From Chiloscyllium plagiosum (lineage: Eukaryota), in the NCBI RefSeq assembly GCF_004010195.1, contig NC_057749.1:10527409-10585148 (forward strand): DNA of 57,740 nucleotides, read 5' to 3'. Under the pieces are notes generated by a model. That model was not told the DNA's origin. It saw nothing but the letters and a program-made list of their open reading frames with translations, and did no database searches. The position numbers and the translations under genes were made by a program. Of this stretch, positions 27,366-39,484 are shown one piece after another; positions within the stretch are counted from its first letter, which is position 1; every line of letters begins with the position of its first letter.

Positions 27366-27428
27366 TCATGCCAAAGGATCAAGCATTCCATGTCGATTTC
27401 GGATCAAAACTGAGTCTGATGCATTTCT
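27366..27428 (-). CDS. CCDC33: Probable CCDC33 terminal coding exon
   Basis: ttaacag acceptor, phase 0; RNASDSVLIRNRHGMLDPLA*; short, so weakly constrained. Confidence 0.6.
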   Translation of the reverse strand, partial: RNASDSVLIRNRHGMLDPLA

Positions 27429-28334
27429 CTGTTAAAATGGCAAGGGTAACTATTAAAAGTAGCAAATACCTAGTACAACCCTAATCTACACCAGGGCCTT
27501 TTCAATACTTTATTTTAACTGAATGCTAGGAGGTATGTAGTAGTAAAACAAAACATCTTTTGGTGCAGTGGGTAACGTCTCAACCTCTGAGACAGAAACT
27601 GAGTGTTCAAGTCCTACTCCTGGACTTGTTGACCATGGGAGACATGTTTGTACCATGCTTTATTATCAACCTGTAAATCCATGCAACATGCCTATGGCAG
27701 GCCGTAAGAGCAAGAGAATCTGCTACTCAGCCAGAAAAGCTGCAGTGCAACAATCTCCCCACATTAAAAGACTCCACACACTGGTCCCTTTCGTATTCCA
27801 TGGTAGGCATCCTCCTCACTTCAAGGGACTAATGAAGAGGTAGTCAAAAGCTATATAATAATTATTGATAAATTTGAGAATTAAGTCAAGAGAAATTTAT
27901 TGACTTAGAATATGGAATTCGCTACCACTTGAAGTTGTTGAGGTACAAAGCATGGATGGATTTGAGGAAATAATATAAACACATGAGAGAGAAAGGTACA
28001 AAATGTTAAAAAAAAGCTTGGAGGGAGCATGCATTCAGCTGAGGCAAACAGCAACGCTATGTAACGCTTTCCAAGAAGATATGTAGAATATCTTTTTGCC
28101 ATTGGTCATCATTTCCTCTTCTGACTTAGAGGATCTGAAATCTAAGTTGCCAGAATTTCCTAATTGATATCTTTATTTACTCACTTCATCCTCGTGGTCT
28201 TCAACTTTGCCCACTCGCTGAGTTTCTCAGCTTCCAAAAAGCTCTTTACTAAAACAAAACTCCTTTCCAAAAACACATAATGGATACCAAGGTTTGCCAG
28301 AGACGATCTGTATTGGGAGAACAATCTCACTCAC

Positions 28335-28451
28335 CGAGGGAAAGTCATGCAGCACGATGGTAGAGGTTCTGGTAAAACCATGTTCATATTCCGAGAGCCT
28401 TGTCAACATCTCCTGTTTCTCCCGCCCCCACTTCCGTGAACTCTCCTCCAA
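28335..28451 (-). CDS. CCDC33: CCDC33 coding exon
   Basis: tggtag/gtgagt; 117 nt; LEESSRKWGREKQEMLTRLSEYEHGFTRTSTIVLHDFPS. Confidence 0.93.
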
Positions 28452-29909
28452 CTACCAAATAAACAGTAGAGAGAAATAAAGATCAGTTATTTCCAGCAGA
28501 AGGCATGACTTAACTGTTAACATGTACCTGGATTGGTAACAATTTACATACTTCACAATGAACTAATGCATCAAACCTTTTGGTTTTCCTTTGTCATAAC
28601 AAAACTGCTTTGCCTGCAGAAAATATATCAATCATCCACCAGCATGCTCCATTTACTTTGGAAAACAGAAAAATATGCAAATACTATACTCCGTAAGCTT
28701 TGTGGTATCTGTCAAGAGGGAGGAGGTTATAATTTCACTGGACTAGTAGTCCAGGTTTAGTTAAAACCCTAAAGTCATGAATTCAAATCCCTCCATGGCA
28801 GCTGGAAGAATTTAAATCTGGAATTGAAATCTAGTGTTATAAAAACCCATGTCCTTTTAGGAAGGAAATCTTCCATCCTTACTTAGCCTGTCCTACACAC
28901 GATAACTTGAAACTAAGCTGTTCGCTGTACTGGCCCCTCAAGGCAAAATATGGAAAGGCAACAAATGTGGGCTTTACTAGCAACTGCCACATCTCATGAA
29001 TGAAGAAAAGAAGAAGAAAATGCTTTAAAGAAGGGTCTGTGCTTTGGGGAGTCTTTGAAACACTCTAGCCCAGCACAAAGCAGAGATCGGTCCTTGAACG
29101 TTCTCAGTTCTGAGGTAGGTGCATTGGTGACTGATAAGGAGGGTCAGAGGTTATCAGGAAGTAGGTGGAATTGAGGTCACAATCAGATTAGCTATGGTCC
29201 TGAATAATGGCTAGCAAGCTCAGGGGGTAACTACTGCTCCCAATTCACATGTTCAGCTCTACCATTGTGTCTGTTTCCAGCTGTTCTCCAATCAGATACA
29301 AAACTTTTGTAGTTTCTGATTTCTCTTATTTATCGCCTTGCTATTGCTTAACCCAACTGCAGTAAAATGCTCATCATCACATCACATCAACAACTACACC
29401 TGCTGGAACCTTCACCATGGCATGTCAAAGGGTGAACTATTATTTAAATTTTTGTTTTAAAACCTGCTAGGTCTGACACTATTCCTGAAATGTTAGATTG
29501 ATTTCTATCTTCACAAGTTCTGCCTGACCCACTCAGCTTTTCCTGCATTTTCACAGTTTAGTGGAGACATCGGCAATGAAATCAATATTCTGAGCCTCAA
29601 AAAATCTCACCAAAAACCAGGGTCCACTTATCTGCTACATCGTGCACCATCACCGTGGATACGGATGTTTGACATGTTAAAATGGCAATCGTGCTTCCGA
29701 TGCAAGGAGTGGGCATGCGTTTAAATCCCACTGACCTTCCCAACACATCACCTGTTTGATCTCTTCTACTTCATTATGAAATACTAGCAAGGAAAATGTA
29801 AAATTATGGAAAGAAAAATTGAGGCTGATTTCTAATGTGAACATAGCCTGTCATTAGGATCAAATAACATAATAGGTATATACAAAAATATGGCTTTTAG
29901 GATTGGAGA

Positions 29910-30812
29910 ATATTAGTAAGGCGTTTGATAAGGTTCCCCATGGTAGACTACTGCAAAAAATACGGAGGTATGGCATTGAGGGTGAGTTGGAGGTTTGGAT
30001 TAGGAGTTGGCTGGCTGGAAGAAGACAGAGGGTAGTAGTTGATGGCAAAGGTTCATCTTGGAGTGCAGTTACTAGCGGTGTTCCGCAAGGATCTGTTTTG
30101 GGACCATTGCTGTTTGTCAGTTTTATAANNNNNNNNNNNNNNNNNNNNNNNNNNNNNNNNNNNNNNNNNNNNNNNNNNNNNNNNNNNNNNNNNNNNNNNN
30201 NNNNNNNNNNNNNNNNNNNNNNNNNNNNNNNNNNNNNNNNNNNNNNNNNNNNNNNNNNNNNNNNNNNNNNNNNNNNNNNNNNNNNNNNNNNNNNNNNNNN
30301 NNNNNNNNNNNNNNNNNNNNNNNNNNNNNNNNNNNNNNNNNNNNNNNNNNNNNNNNNNNNNNNNNNNNNNNNNNNNNNNNNNNNNNNNNNNNNNNNNNNN
30401 NNNNNNNNNNNNNNNNNNNNNNNNNNNNNNNNNNNNNNNNNNNNNNNNNNNNNNNNNNNNNNNNNNNNNNNNNNNNNNNNNNNNNNNNNNNNNNNNNNNN
30501 NNNNNNNNNNNNNNNNNNNNNNNNNNNNNNNNNNNNNNNNNNNNNNNNNNNNNNNNNNNNNNNNNNNNNNNNNNNNNNNNNNNNNNNNNNNNNNNNNNNN
30601 NNNNNNNNNNNNNNNNNNNNNNNNNNNNNNNNNNNNNNNNNNNNNNNNNNNNNNNNNNNNNNNNNNNNNNNNNNNNNNNNNNNNNNNNNNNNNNNNGGCA
30701 TATGGAGGATAGTGGGTTAGTGTAGGTTAGGTGGGCTTGGATCGGCGCAACATCGAGGGCCGAAGGGCCTGTACTGCGCTGTATTCTTCTATGTTCTATG
30801 TTCTATGTTCTA
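29910..30812 (+). mobile_element. Young CR1 fragment spanning the assembly gap
   Basis: SKAFDKVPHGRLL...SGVPQGSVLGPLLF before the gap; (ttctatg)n tail after it. Confidence 0.85.
30129..30697. other. Assembly gap (569 N)
   Basis: N run. Confidence 1.
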
Positions 30813-30892
30813 TTTCCAATGTCCACGGTGATTAACTTTGGCTTTATTCAATTTTTAAAGAAAAATTGTTCATCCCTCACATCCATCTTCCT

Positions 30893-31090
30893 GATGTGGA
30901 GGTGCCAGTGTTGGACTGGGGTGGATAAAGTTAAAAATCACATGATACCAAATTATAGTCCAGCAGGTTTATTTGGAGTTACAAACTTTCAGGGCGCTGC
31001 TCCTTCGTCAGGTAGCTCGTGGAGTAGAATCATAGGATACAGAATTTACAGCAAAAGATCATAGTGTCATACACTGATGCAATATATTGA
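30893..31090 (-). mobile_element. Terminal repeat of another PLE family, with hammerhead-like motif (30979-31014)
   Basis: On -: UAC-CUGACGA-A-GGAGC-AGC-GCCCU-GAAA-GUUU-GUA. Confidence 0.6.
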
Positions 31091-32573
31091 ATAGTTTTGG
31101 GATTTTTCCTACTTTCTTGCATTTCTGCAGAAACATGATGTCCATGTGCACAATCTTCTGGGACTTCTTACCATCCATCCCTCATTGGCCCTGAGGAAAT
31201 GGTAGTGACACTTTTTCTTAAACTACATCCACTCCGTTCTGACCGCTATAGTGTTTGGCAGGTAATGAATCAATTACGGATCCAATTCTCTGATTTAGTT
31301 TACCTTCAGCTTTAGAGTCATAGAGATGTACAGCATGGAAACAGACCCTTCGGTCCAACCCGGCCATGCTGACCGGATATCCCAACCCAATCTCGTCCCA
31401 CCTGCATTCACCCGGCCCATATCCCTCCAAACCCTTCCTATTCATATACCCATCCAAATGCCTTTTTCTGAGCAAGATTCCTGCATTTTCGAGGAACTCC
31501 CTTTGGCAGAATGCTTGCCAACACGTGAACAACTTCATCAAAGTCCCATCAACGCACTAAGCCACCCAGGGGGAATAAAACTACTTAAACATTTTCTTTT
31601 ACTAACGATTCACTTTAAGCACTTCAGAATCTTTTCACAGTTTGTACTACCATTGCTTTAGGAAGAGGTAAGTGTTCCTAGAATCGTACATTTCAGAACA
31701 GGGCCTTCAGCTCCCACTTTCTTGCACTAGTGTCATAGCCTTAAATATTATGACACTTGAAATGCTCATCCGAGTACTTTAATGTTTGAGGTTTCCTGCC
31801 TGAACGACCCTCCCAAGCAGTGCATTCCAGAGCTCTACTGTCCCCTGGGTGAAAAGCATTTTGCTCAAATCTCATCCAAACCTCTTGCCTTTCAGTTTCA
31901 AGTTATGCCCCTTGTTATTGACCCTTCGAATAAGAGGAGCAGCTGCTTTATATTCATCCTGTTCATGCCTCGCACAATCTTATACACCTCTATCAGCAAC
32001 ACCCCTCCCCCCGCCTTCTGTGCTCCAAAGAAACCAACCTGAGCTTATCCAGCCTCTCTTCCATCACTGAAATGCTCCATCCCAGGTACCAAGCTGGTGA
32101 ATCTCTTCCACACTCTCCTCGAGTGTAATCACATCTTTCTTATAGCATGGTGACCAGAACTGCAAACAGTACTCCAGCTATGGCTCAACCAAAGTTCTAT
32201 ACAACTCTCTGACCTCCCTCTCCTTTTCATTTATGTCGTAAAGGCAAGCATCCTGCCTGCTGCCTTACCTACTCTACTAATCTGCCCTGCCAGGGACCTG
32301 TGGACAAGCAATCCAAGATGTCTCTGTTCATCTGGCCTTCATAGTGTCCTGCCATTCATTGCATATTCCCTTGTCTTGTTACTTCTTCCAAAGTGCAGAC
32401 ATCACATTTATCTGCCACTGATGTGCCCACCTGATTAATCCACGTATACCCTCCTATAATCTAACACCTTCCTCCCCGCTGTCAACTATCGAACCAATCT
32501 ATGTGTCATTGCACAAGCCCATTTTTCATTCCCCCATTATGACATCATTTATGAAGATCACCAACAATAAGGT

Positions 32574-32672
32574 GAAGCCTTCACAAGAGGCTCCCAAGCA
32601 CTGAGGATGTCACCTAGACAGGGGACGAAACGTCTGCAACACAAATTCCCGGCTCGGCGAACAGAACCACAA
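32574..32672 (+). mobile_element. 99-bp PLE mini-insertion with a perfect 12-bp TSD, inside a CR1
   Basis: caacaataaggt at 32562-32573 and 32673-32684. Confidence 0.88.
32598..32637 (+). ncRNA. Minimal type I hammerhead ribozyme motif, intact core
   Basis: GCA-CUGAGGA-U-GUCACCU-AGAC-AGGGGAC-GAAAC-GUC-UGC. Confidence 0.8.
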
Positions 32673-32734
32673 CAACAATAAGGTCCCTAGCACTGATTCC
32701 TGTGGTATGACACTGCACTCCAGGCTAGAGGCAA

Positions 32735-32972
32735 TAAAAATCACAGGTGCTGGAATCCAAAGTAGACAGACAGGAGGCTGGAAGAACAGAGCAAGCATGC
32801 AGCATTAGGAGGTGAAGAAGTCAATGTTTCCGGTGTAACCCTTCTCCAGCAGGTTCCAGCCGCACAAACAGCCTTCAACACACCACTGCAACCCCTGGCC
32901 AATATTTCAGTCTTAGGCCTGCTGCAGTACTCTAGCAAAGCTTAACACAAGCTAGAGGAACAACAGCTCATA
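32735..32972. mobile_element. PLE remnant: tail on - (decayed CTGGAGA-A-GGGT-TAC-ACCG-GAAAC) joined to an ORF C-terminal fragment on +
   Basis: ...LANISVLGLLQYSSKA*HKLEEQQL resembles PLE endonuclease C-termini. Confidence 0.55.
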
Positions 32973-33598
32973 AGGTCATACAGCACAGAAACAGACCCTT
33001 TGGTTCAACTAGTCCATGCCAACCAAGTTTCCTGAACTAAACCATTCCACTTGCCTGCATATGGCCCATATCCTTCTGAACCTTTCCTATTCATATACCT
33101 GTCCAAATGTCTTTTAAAGTTGTAACTGTGCCTGTATCTACCACTTCCTCTGGCAATTCATTCCACATATGAACCACCCTGTTTGTGAAGAAGTTGCCCC
33201 TCGGGTCCTTTTTTCAATCTTTCCCCTCTCTCCTTAAACATGTGCCCTAGTTTTGAACTCCCCCACCTTGGGGAAAAGACCTTTGCTATTCAGCTTACCC
33301 ATGTCCCTTATGATTTTATAAACCTCTATAAAGTCACCCTCAACCTTGTACATTCAAGTGAAAAAAGTCCCAGCCTATTCTCACAACTCAATCCTTCCAG
33401 CCCCAGCAACATCCTGGTCAATCGTTTTTGAACCCTCTCCAATTTAATAAAATCCTTCCCATTGCAGGGTGACCAGAACTGGACTTTGTTCCAAAAGTGG
33501 GTTGAATAACATCCTACACAACCTCAACATAACATTTAAAATCCTATATTCAATGGTCTGAACAATGAAAGCAAGCATGTTAAATGCCTTATTAGCCA

Positions 33599-33877
33599 GA
33601 ATCGAGAGTGTGGTGCTAGAAACGCCATGATAGGTAGATGGAGGTAGGGTGAAGGTGGTAGGTTGGAGAGGAGGGTTGAGCGGGTTGAGAGGAGGGTTGA
33701 GAGGAGGGTGGGAAGGAAGATGGATAGGTAGGACAGGTCAAGAGGGCGGTACCAAGTTGGAAGTTTGCATCTGGGGTAAGGTGGGAGGAAGGAAAATGAA
33801 GGAAACTGGTGAAATCCACTTTGATCCCATGAGGTTGGAGGGTCCCAAGGCAGAAGACGAAGCATTCACTTTCTCCC
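33599..33877 (-). mobile_element. PLE 3' fragment with 14-bp TSD, inside a CR1
   Basis: tgccttattagcca (33585-33598) and tgccttattaacca (33878-33891). Confidence 0.75.
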
Positions 33878-34603
33878 TGCCTTATTAACCACCCTGTCTA
33901 CCTGTAACACCAATTTCAAAGACCTATGTACACGAACCCCTTGGTCTCTCTGTTTGACAACATCACCCTGGGCTCTATCATTGTATAAGTCCTGCCCTTG
34001 TTTGTTTTACAAAAATACAAGATCGCGTATTTATCCAAATTAAACTCCATTTGCCACTCCTCAGCCCTTTGGCCCAATTGATCAAGATCCCATTGCATTT
34101 TAGATAACCTTCTTCTCTGTTGACTACACCATCAATTTTGGTGTCATCTGCAAATTTACCAACCACCTCCTATATTCTCATCCATATGCATGACAAATAA
34201 CAGCACCGATCTTTGTGGCACACCACTGGTCACAGGCTTCCAATCCGAAAAACAACCTTCCACCACCACACTTTGTCTCTTACCATCAAAAGCAAAGTTT
34301 GTATCCAATTGGCAAGCTCCCCCTGGATTACGTGATCTAACTTTACTAATGAATCGACCATGCAGAACCTTGTCAAAGGCTTTACTAAAGTCCATTTAGA
34401 CAATGTTTACCCCTCTGCTCTCATCAATCTATTCGCTTACATCTTCAAAAAACTCAATCAAGCTAACACCCCATCAGCCCTGGTTACCCCGTGAAGGCAT
34501 TTGAGTTCCCAAGCAGTGTGAGGTGACAATTCTCTCCCCTTATCATGTCACCATGGAAATGGGGAGTGAGGTGGCCTCATTATGATTGGGGGGTGTAGTC
34601 AGT

Positions 34604-35568
34604 TGCCATGGAGAGGAGCGGCCATTACTGAGGCCACTGAATAGGCACCATTGCCCCAGCTATTACCCCAGGGTGGGGGGACCTCTCAATGACTCGGACC
34701 AGAAGCTACCCCACAACCCCCTGCCCCTGCTCCTTCTCACACTCCCTCCTCCTCCTCCTCTCTCTCTGACAACCCAAGGCCCAGGGATGGCAGAGGGAAT
34801 TGCGCTGTGAGGGGAGATAGCACTGCGACACAGTTGGAAGATCTTTCCATCTTGTACCTTACAGCCTTTAGAACTCAACAACGAGTTTAACAATTTCAGA
34901 GAGTGAACACTTTTCTCCACATTCGTTACCCAACCGCCTGCACCCCCACATCCCATTTTGCTGTGGTTGCTCCCATCACAGCCAACCCATTTTCAACTAC
35001 TTAGACTTTTTGTTAGCCCCCTCCCTTCATTATTTATCTCCCTCTCAGCTTAACATCAATTGCTTTGTTTGCCTCTCCATTTTCTCTGTCTCCCTTGGCA
35101 TCATCTCCTTGAACTACTCACTCGTCCTCTAGTCCCCACCCATCATCACCAGCATAAATACCACAATTCGCCGGTGGCTTTCAGTCCTGACAGCAGGTCA
35201 CTGGGCTCAAAAACATTCATTCTGTATTTCTCTCTGCAGGTCCTTAATGGTGGCACAATGGTTCAGTGGTTAGCACTGCTGCCTCACAGCACCAAGGACC
35301 TGGGTTCAATTCCAACTTTGGGCGACTATCTGTGTGGAGTTTGCACATTCTCCCTGTGTCTGCATGGGTTTCCTCCCACAGTCCAAAGATGTGCAGATTA
35401 GGTGCCATGGAGAGGAGCGGCCATTACTGAGGCCACTGAATAGGCACCATTGCCTCAGCTATTACCCCAGGGTGGGGGGACCTCTCAATGACTCGGACCA
35501 GAAGCTCCCCCACAACCCCCTGCCCCTGCTCCTTCTCACACTCCCTCCTCCTCCTCTCTCTCTGACAA
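34604..35568 (+). repeat. Direct repeat: 34604-34772 and 35403-35568
   Basis: Near-identical (2 substitutions, one CCT unit). Confidence 0.95.
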
Positions 35569-35730
35569 TTTAGCCATGCTACTTTGCTCCATAGTGTCCA
35601 GGGATGTACAGACTAGGTGTGTTACCCATTGGAAATGCAAAGGTAGGGTAGTGAGTGGTATGTTCTTCAGAGGGTCAGTATAGATTCAATGGGTCAAGTG
35701 GCCTGCTTCCACACTGTAGGGATTCTATGA
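35247..35730 (+). mobile_element. HE1-type SINE interrupted by a locally duplicated 166-bp segment
   Basis: tRNA head at 35247; the body resumes at about 35570. Confidence 0.8.
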
Positions 35731-36188
35731 TCTGCTAAGGAAGGGTCGCTGGACCCGAACCTTTAACTCTTCACAGATGCTGACAGACCTGCTGAGCTTT
35801 TCCAGCAACTTCTGTTTTTGTTTCTGTTTACAGCATCTGCAGTTCTTTCAGTTTCTATGATCAGTTGAATTTCTCCAGCACTTTCTGTTTTAGATTGGAG
35901 ACGACTTTCATTCTCCTCTTTATAACTGTTGGTGCAAATTGACATTGAGATATTACAAGCATGGAGATTCCGTCATGGTGCGAGAGGGTTTGAGTACAGG
36001 AGCAAGATGTTTTGCTGCAATTGTACAGGGCCTTGGTGAGACCACACTGGGGTACTGTGTGCAGTTTTGGTCTCATTATCTGAAGAAGTATGTTTTGTCT
36101 GTGGGGAGGGCGCAATGAATGTTCACCAGATTGAATCCTGCAATAGCAGAACTGAAATACAAAGAGAGGCTGAATAGGTTAGGATCAC

Positions 36189-36522
36189 AGTTTGTGAGAA
36201 GATTTGTAGCTCGGGTGCTCGTTGCTGTGGTTCTGTTCACCGAGCTGGAAGTTTTTGTTGCAAACGTTTCGTCCCCTGTCTAGGCATGGCACTCATCCAC
36301 AAATTCCATCAACAAACACATCGACCTGGGCCCAATATACCGGCCACTACAGCGGATAGCTGAAACTGACAACCGGAAGCGGCAGGGATAGGCCACTATA
36401 AATTCCGGAGGAAACACCACAGAAGCGCTTCACAGGAGGCTCCCAAGCACTGAGGATGTCACCTAGACAGGGGACGAAACGTTTGCAACAAAAACTTCCA
36501 GCTCGGCGAACAGAACAACAGC
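36189..36522. mobile_element. Inverted PLE terminal-repeat insertion with a perfect 13-bp TSD, inside a CR1
   Basis: aggttaggatcac at 36176-36188 and 36523-36535; left end is the reverse complement of the right-end repeat. Confidence 0.9.
36447..36486 (+). ncRNA. Minimal hammerhead ribozyme motif, intact core
   Basis: GCA-CUGAGGA-U-GUCACCU-AGAC-AGGGGAC-GAAAC-GUU-UGC. Confidence 0.78.
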
Positions 36523-37207
36523 AGGTTAGGATCACCTTCATGGGGATTTAAAGAATAAGAGGGGTTGTGTTCTCATAGAAACTTATAAAACTATAACAGG
36601 ACTAGACAGAGTAAACCCAGGAAAGACATTCCTGATGACCAGGGAATCCAGAACAAAAGGTCACAGTTTAAGGATAAAGCAGCGGTCATTTTGGCCTGAG
36701 ATAAGGAGAAATGTCTTCACCCAGAGAGTGGTGGAATTCTCTGCCACAGAAAGCAGTTGAGGCCAAAACATTGAGTGTTTTCAAGAAGCAGTCAGATGTA
36801 GCTCATAAAACTTAAAGGACTCAAAGGGAAAAAGTGGGAAGATGGTATTGGGTTGAATGATCAGCCATGATCACACTGAAGGGCCAAATGGCCTAATCTT
36901 GCTCTTGTTTTCTATGTTTCTAAAAGACTGTTATGCATTTGGATTCCATTATTTTGGAATCTCATTGTGCTAGTAACACTGAGGCCCAGGCCAGCACTCT
37001 GGGGACAAGGGTGCAAATTCAAAGAATTGGTGCCTTGGCCTATGTTGGCTCCAGCGCAGACTCCTAATGGAAGAGCAGGCAGTCAGGCTACCTTTCTACA
37101 TTATTGCCTACAGTCCAATGCCTCAAAGAGTGGGGAAATAGCAGCTCACAGCAATATATGGAGTGTGGAGACATGCAAGCTGAAAGCGTCTTTCAAAGTC
37201 TACGTAC

Positions 37208-37291
37208 CAGCGTCTCCAGTGTCTGTACGCGTCTCTGAGTCTTCTCCAATCTTGCTAAGAGACTTAATTTCTCCGAGTCAGAGAGGGACTC
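37208..37291 (-). CDS. CCDC33: CCDC33 coding exon
   Basis: tttcag/gtacgt; 84 nt; ESLSDSEKLSLLARLEKTQRRVQTLETL. Confidence 0.9.
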
Positions 37292-37547
37292 CTGAAAGAA
37301 AGAGCAGGGCAGTTAAAAGATCAGCATAAAGAAGGGGCTTTTTTATATTCCTTCATGGGGTGTGGGCTAGGTCAGCATTCTTTGGCCTTCAAACCCCATT
37401 GCTGTGAGTCTGGAGTCACATGTACAGCAGGCCAGGCAAGGATGGTAGATACCTTTCCCTAAAGGACATTAGAGAATCAGTCAGATTTCTAGCACCTGCA
37501 GTTTGGCTTTATTTTTAGCTTTTAGGTCAATTGACGGCGGTTACATA

Positions 37548-37891
37548 AATTAGGAGAAAATGAGGACTGCAGATGCTGGAGATCAGAGTCGAAGAGGCTG
37601 AAAAAGCACAGCAGTCAGGCAGCATCCAAGGAGCAGGAGAGTTGACGTTTCAGGCTTAAGCCCTTCATCAGGAATGTGAAGTAGGGGAGAAGGGGGCTGA
37701 GAGATAAATAGGAGAGTGAGGGTGGGGGTGAGGTAGCTGGGAAGACGAAGTCCATATTCCTTCCCACCTATCCACTCCGACTTATCATCATCATCCCCCC
37801 CTACCTGCAACTACATATCACCTTACCCGCTACCTCACCCCCACCCCCACCCTCCTATTTATCTCTCAGCCCCCTTCGCCCTGCCGCACTT
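37548..37891 (-). mobile_element. PLE 3' end with internal inversion and hammerhead motif (37641-37675)
   Basis: On -: AUUC-CUGAUGA-A-GGGC-UUAA-GCCU-GAAAC-GUC; 37683-37744 is inverted at about 37822-37882; ggttacata flanks both sides. Confidence 0.75.
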
Positions 37892-39042
37892 ATCGACAAT
37901 GGTTACATAGATGTAAATAGTCCACCTTTTTAATTTCAGATTTGGATTGAATTCAAATTTTGCCAACTGCCCTGATGGAATTCGAACCCATGTCCTCAGA
38001 ACATTAGCCAGGACCTCTGGATTATTAAAAGCCAAAAGAATTGTGGATGCTGTAGATTAGCAACAAAACTAGAAATTGCTGGATGAGCTGAGCAGGTCTG
38101 GCAGCGTCTGTGGAGAGAAATCCGAGTTAATATTCCGGGTCGAGTAAGGACACTCTTGGTAAAAGGCAAATTCAGAAAATCTGATTGTCTCACAGGCAAC
38201 TGGTCAGTCCAGTCGGAAAATTAATCAAGAAGAATCTGAGATAGAGATAGAGAGAAAGTAGCAGGGAGAGATATACTGCAGCTTCCAAACCCAGCTTCAA
38301 GACCCCAGCAACTGCTACTGAAAAACTAAAAACCCAAAACTCCTGGTTCTGTGGCAACTTGACCCTTCCACTTAGGGTTCTATTGTTCTACTTTAAAAAG
38401 TCCTGACTATTAGGGCTTTCAATAGACAGCTTTCCACCTCTGTCTTAAAATCCCTCTTCAAAAACAAAACAGGACAAAATATATCTCTTCAGGCCACAGT
38501 AATGTCAGAGGGAGGTTTTAAGCGAGTGAAAGGTACTACTGCCAACAGTGAAGCAAAGCCAATCAATTAGATAATGGGTTTGAGTCCTTGTATGGTTCCA
38601 AAATTCAAAACATTTTAGCTCAGTGAAGAATTCATAGAGTCACAGAGTCACATAGCACGGAAACAGACCCTTCGGTCCAACCAGAACATGCTAGCCCTAA
38701 TCCCAAACTAAACCAGTCCCACCTGCCTGCTCCTGGCCCATGTCCCTCCAAACCTTGCCTTTTCGTGTACTTATCCAAATGTCTATTAGACGTTGTAATT
38801 GAACTCACATCACTTTCTCAGGAAGTTCATTCCACACACAAACTATCCACTGTGTAAAAAATTTGCCCCCTCGTGTCTTTTTTAAATCTCTCTCCTCTCA
38901 CCTTAAAAATGTGCTCGCTAGTCCTGAAATCCCCCAAACTCGGGAAAAGACAACTAGCATTTACTCTATCCATACCCCTCACGAATTCCAGCAACTGAGC
39001 GAGCCAGTATAGGGTAAATTTTTAGGAGCTCTTTTATTCCAG

Positions 39043-39261
39043 GAGAAAGTGAAGACTGCAGATGCTGGAGATCAGAGTTGAGAGTGTGGTGCTGGAAAAG
39101 CACAGCAGGTCAGGCAGCATCCGAGGAACAGGAGAATCAACGTTTCGGGCATAAGTGCTTCATCAAGAATTCCTGACAAAGGGCTTCCGCCTGAAACATC
39201 GATTCCCCTGCTTCTCAGGTGCTGCCTGACCTGATGTGCTTTTCCAGCACCACACTCTCAA
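39043..39261. mobile_element. Spacer-less palindromic PLE terminal-repeat pair
   Basis: Arms 39074-39169 and 39170-39265 centred on gaattc; 14-bp flanking duplication (12/14). Confidence 0.85.
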
Positions 39262-39347
39262 CTCTTAGATTCCAGTCAATTAAAATGTTAAAGAATCTAG
39301 AGTCCACATGTTAATCAGATCTCATTTATTGGATAAAGGAATCATAC

Positions 39348-39484
39348 CTTCTGTAAATGCATGGGATGCTGAACTAAGATGGGCACAGGCTGCAGGCGTA
39401 ACCTTTCAATCTCTTCCCTCAGCCGGGCATTCTCTGCCAACAGGACAGACTCCACCTCTTTCCTTATGTTGTCCTCAGTATTCA
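39348..39484 (-). CDS. CCDC33: CCDC33 coding exon
   Basis: gtatag/gtatga; 137 nt; (V)NTEDNIRKEVESVLLAENARLREEIERLRLQPVPILVQHPMHLQK; phases match both neighbours. Confidence 0.92.

Larger units (their letters stand above)
31680..34462 (-). mobile_element. Two adjacent CR1 fragments (about 31680-32725 and 32975-34462) hosting PLE insertions
   Basis: MDFSKAFDKV, SGVPQ, KFADDTK, WQMEFN on -. Confidence 0.85.
35975..36921 (+). mobile_element. CR1 3' fragment split by the PLE insertion at 36189-36522
   Basis: LLQLYRALVRPH... through to the 3' UTR. Confidence 0.8.

Noticed and set aside
29903..30712. The two longest ORFs in the track (269 and 192 aa)
   Set aside because: Artefacts of translating the N gap; the real part is CR1 RT. 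The gap also looks about 250 bp shorter than the equivalent CR1 span at 53594-54535.
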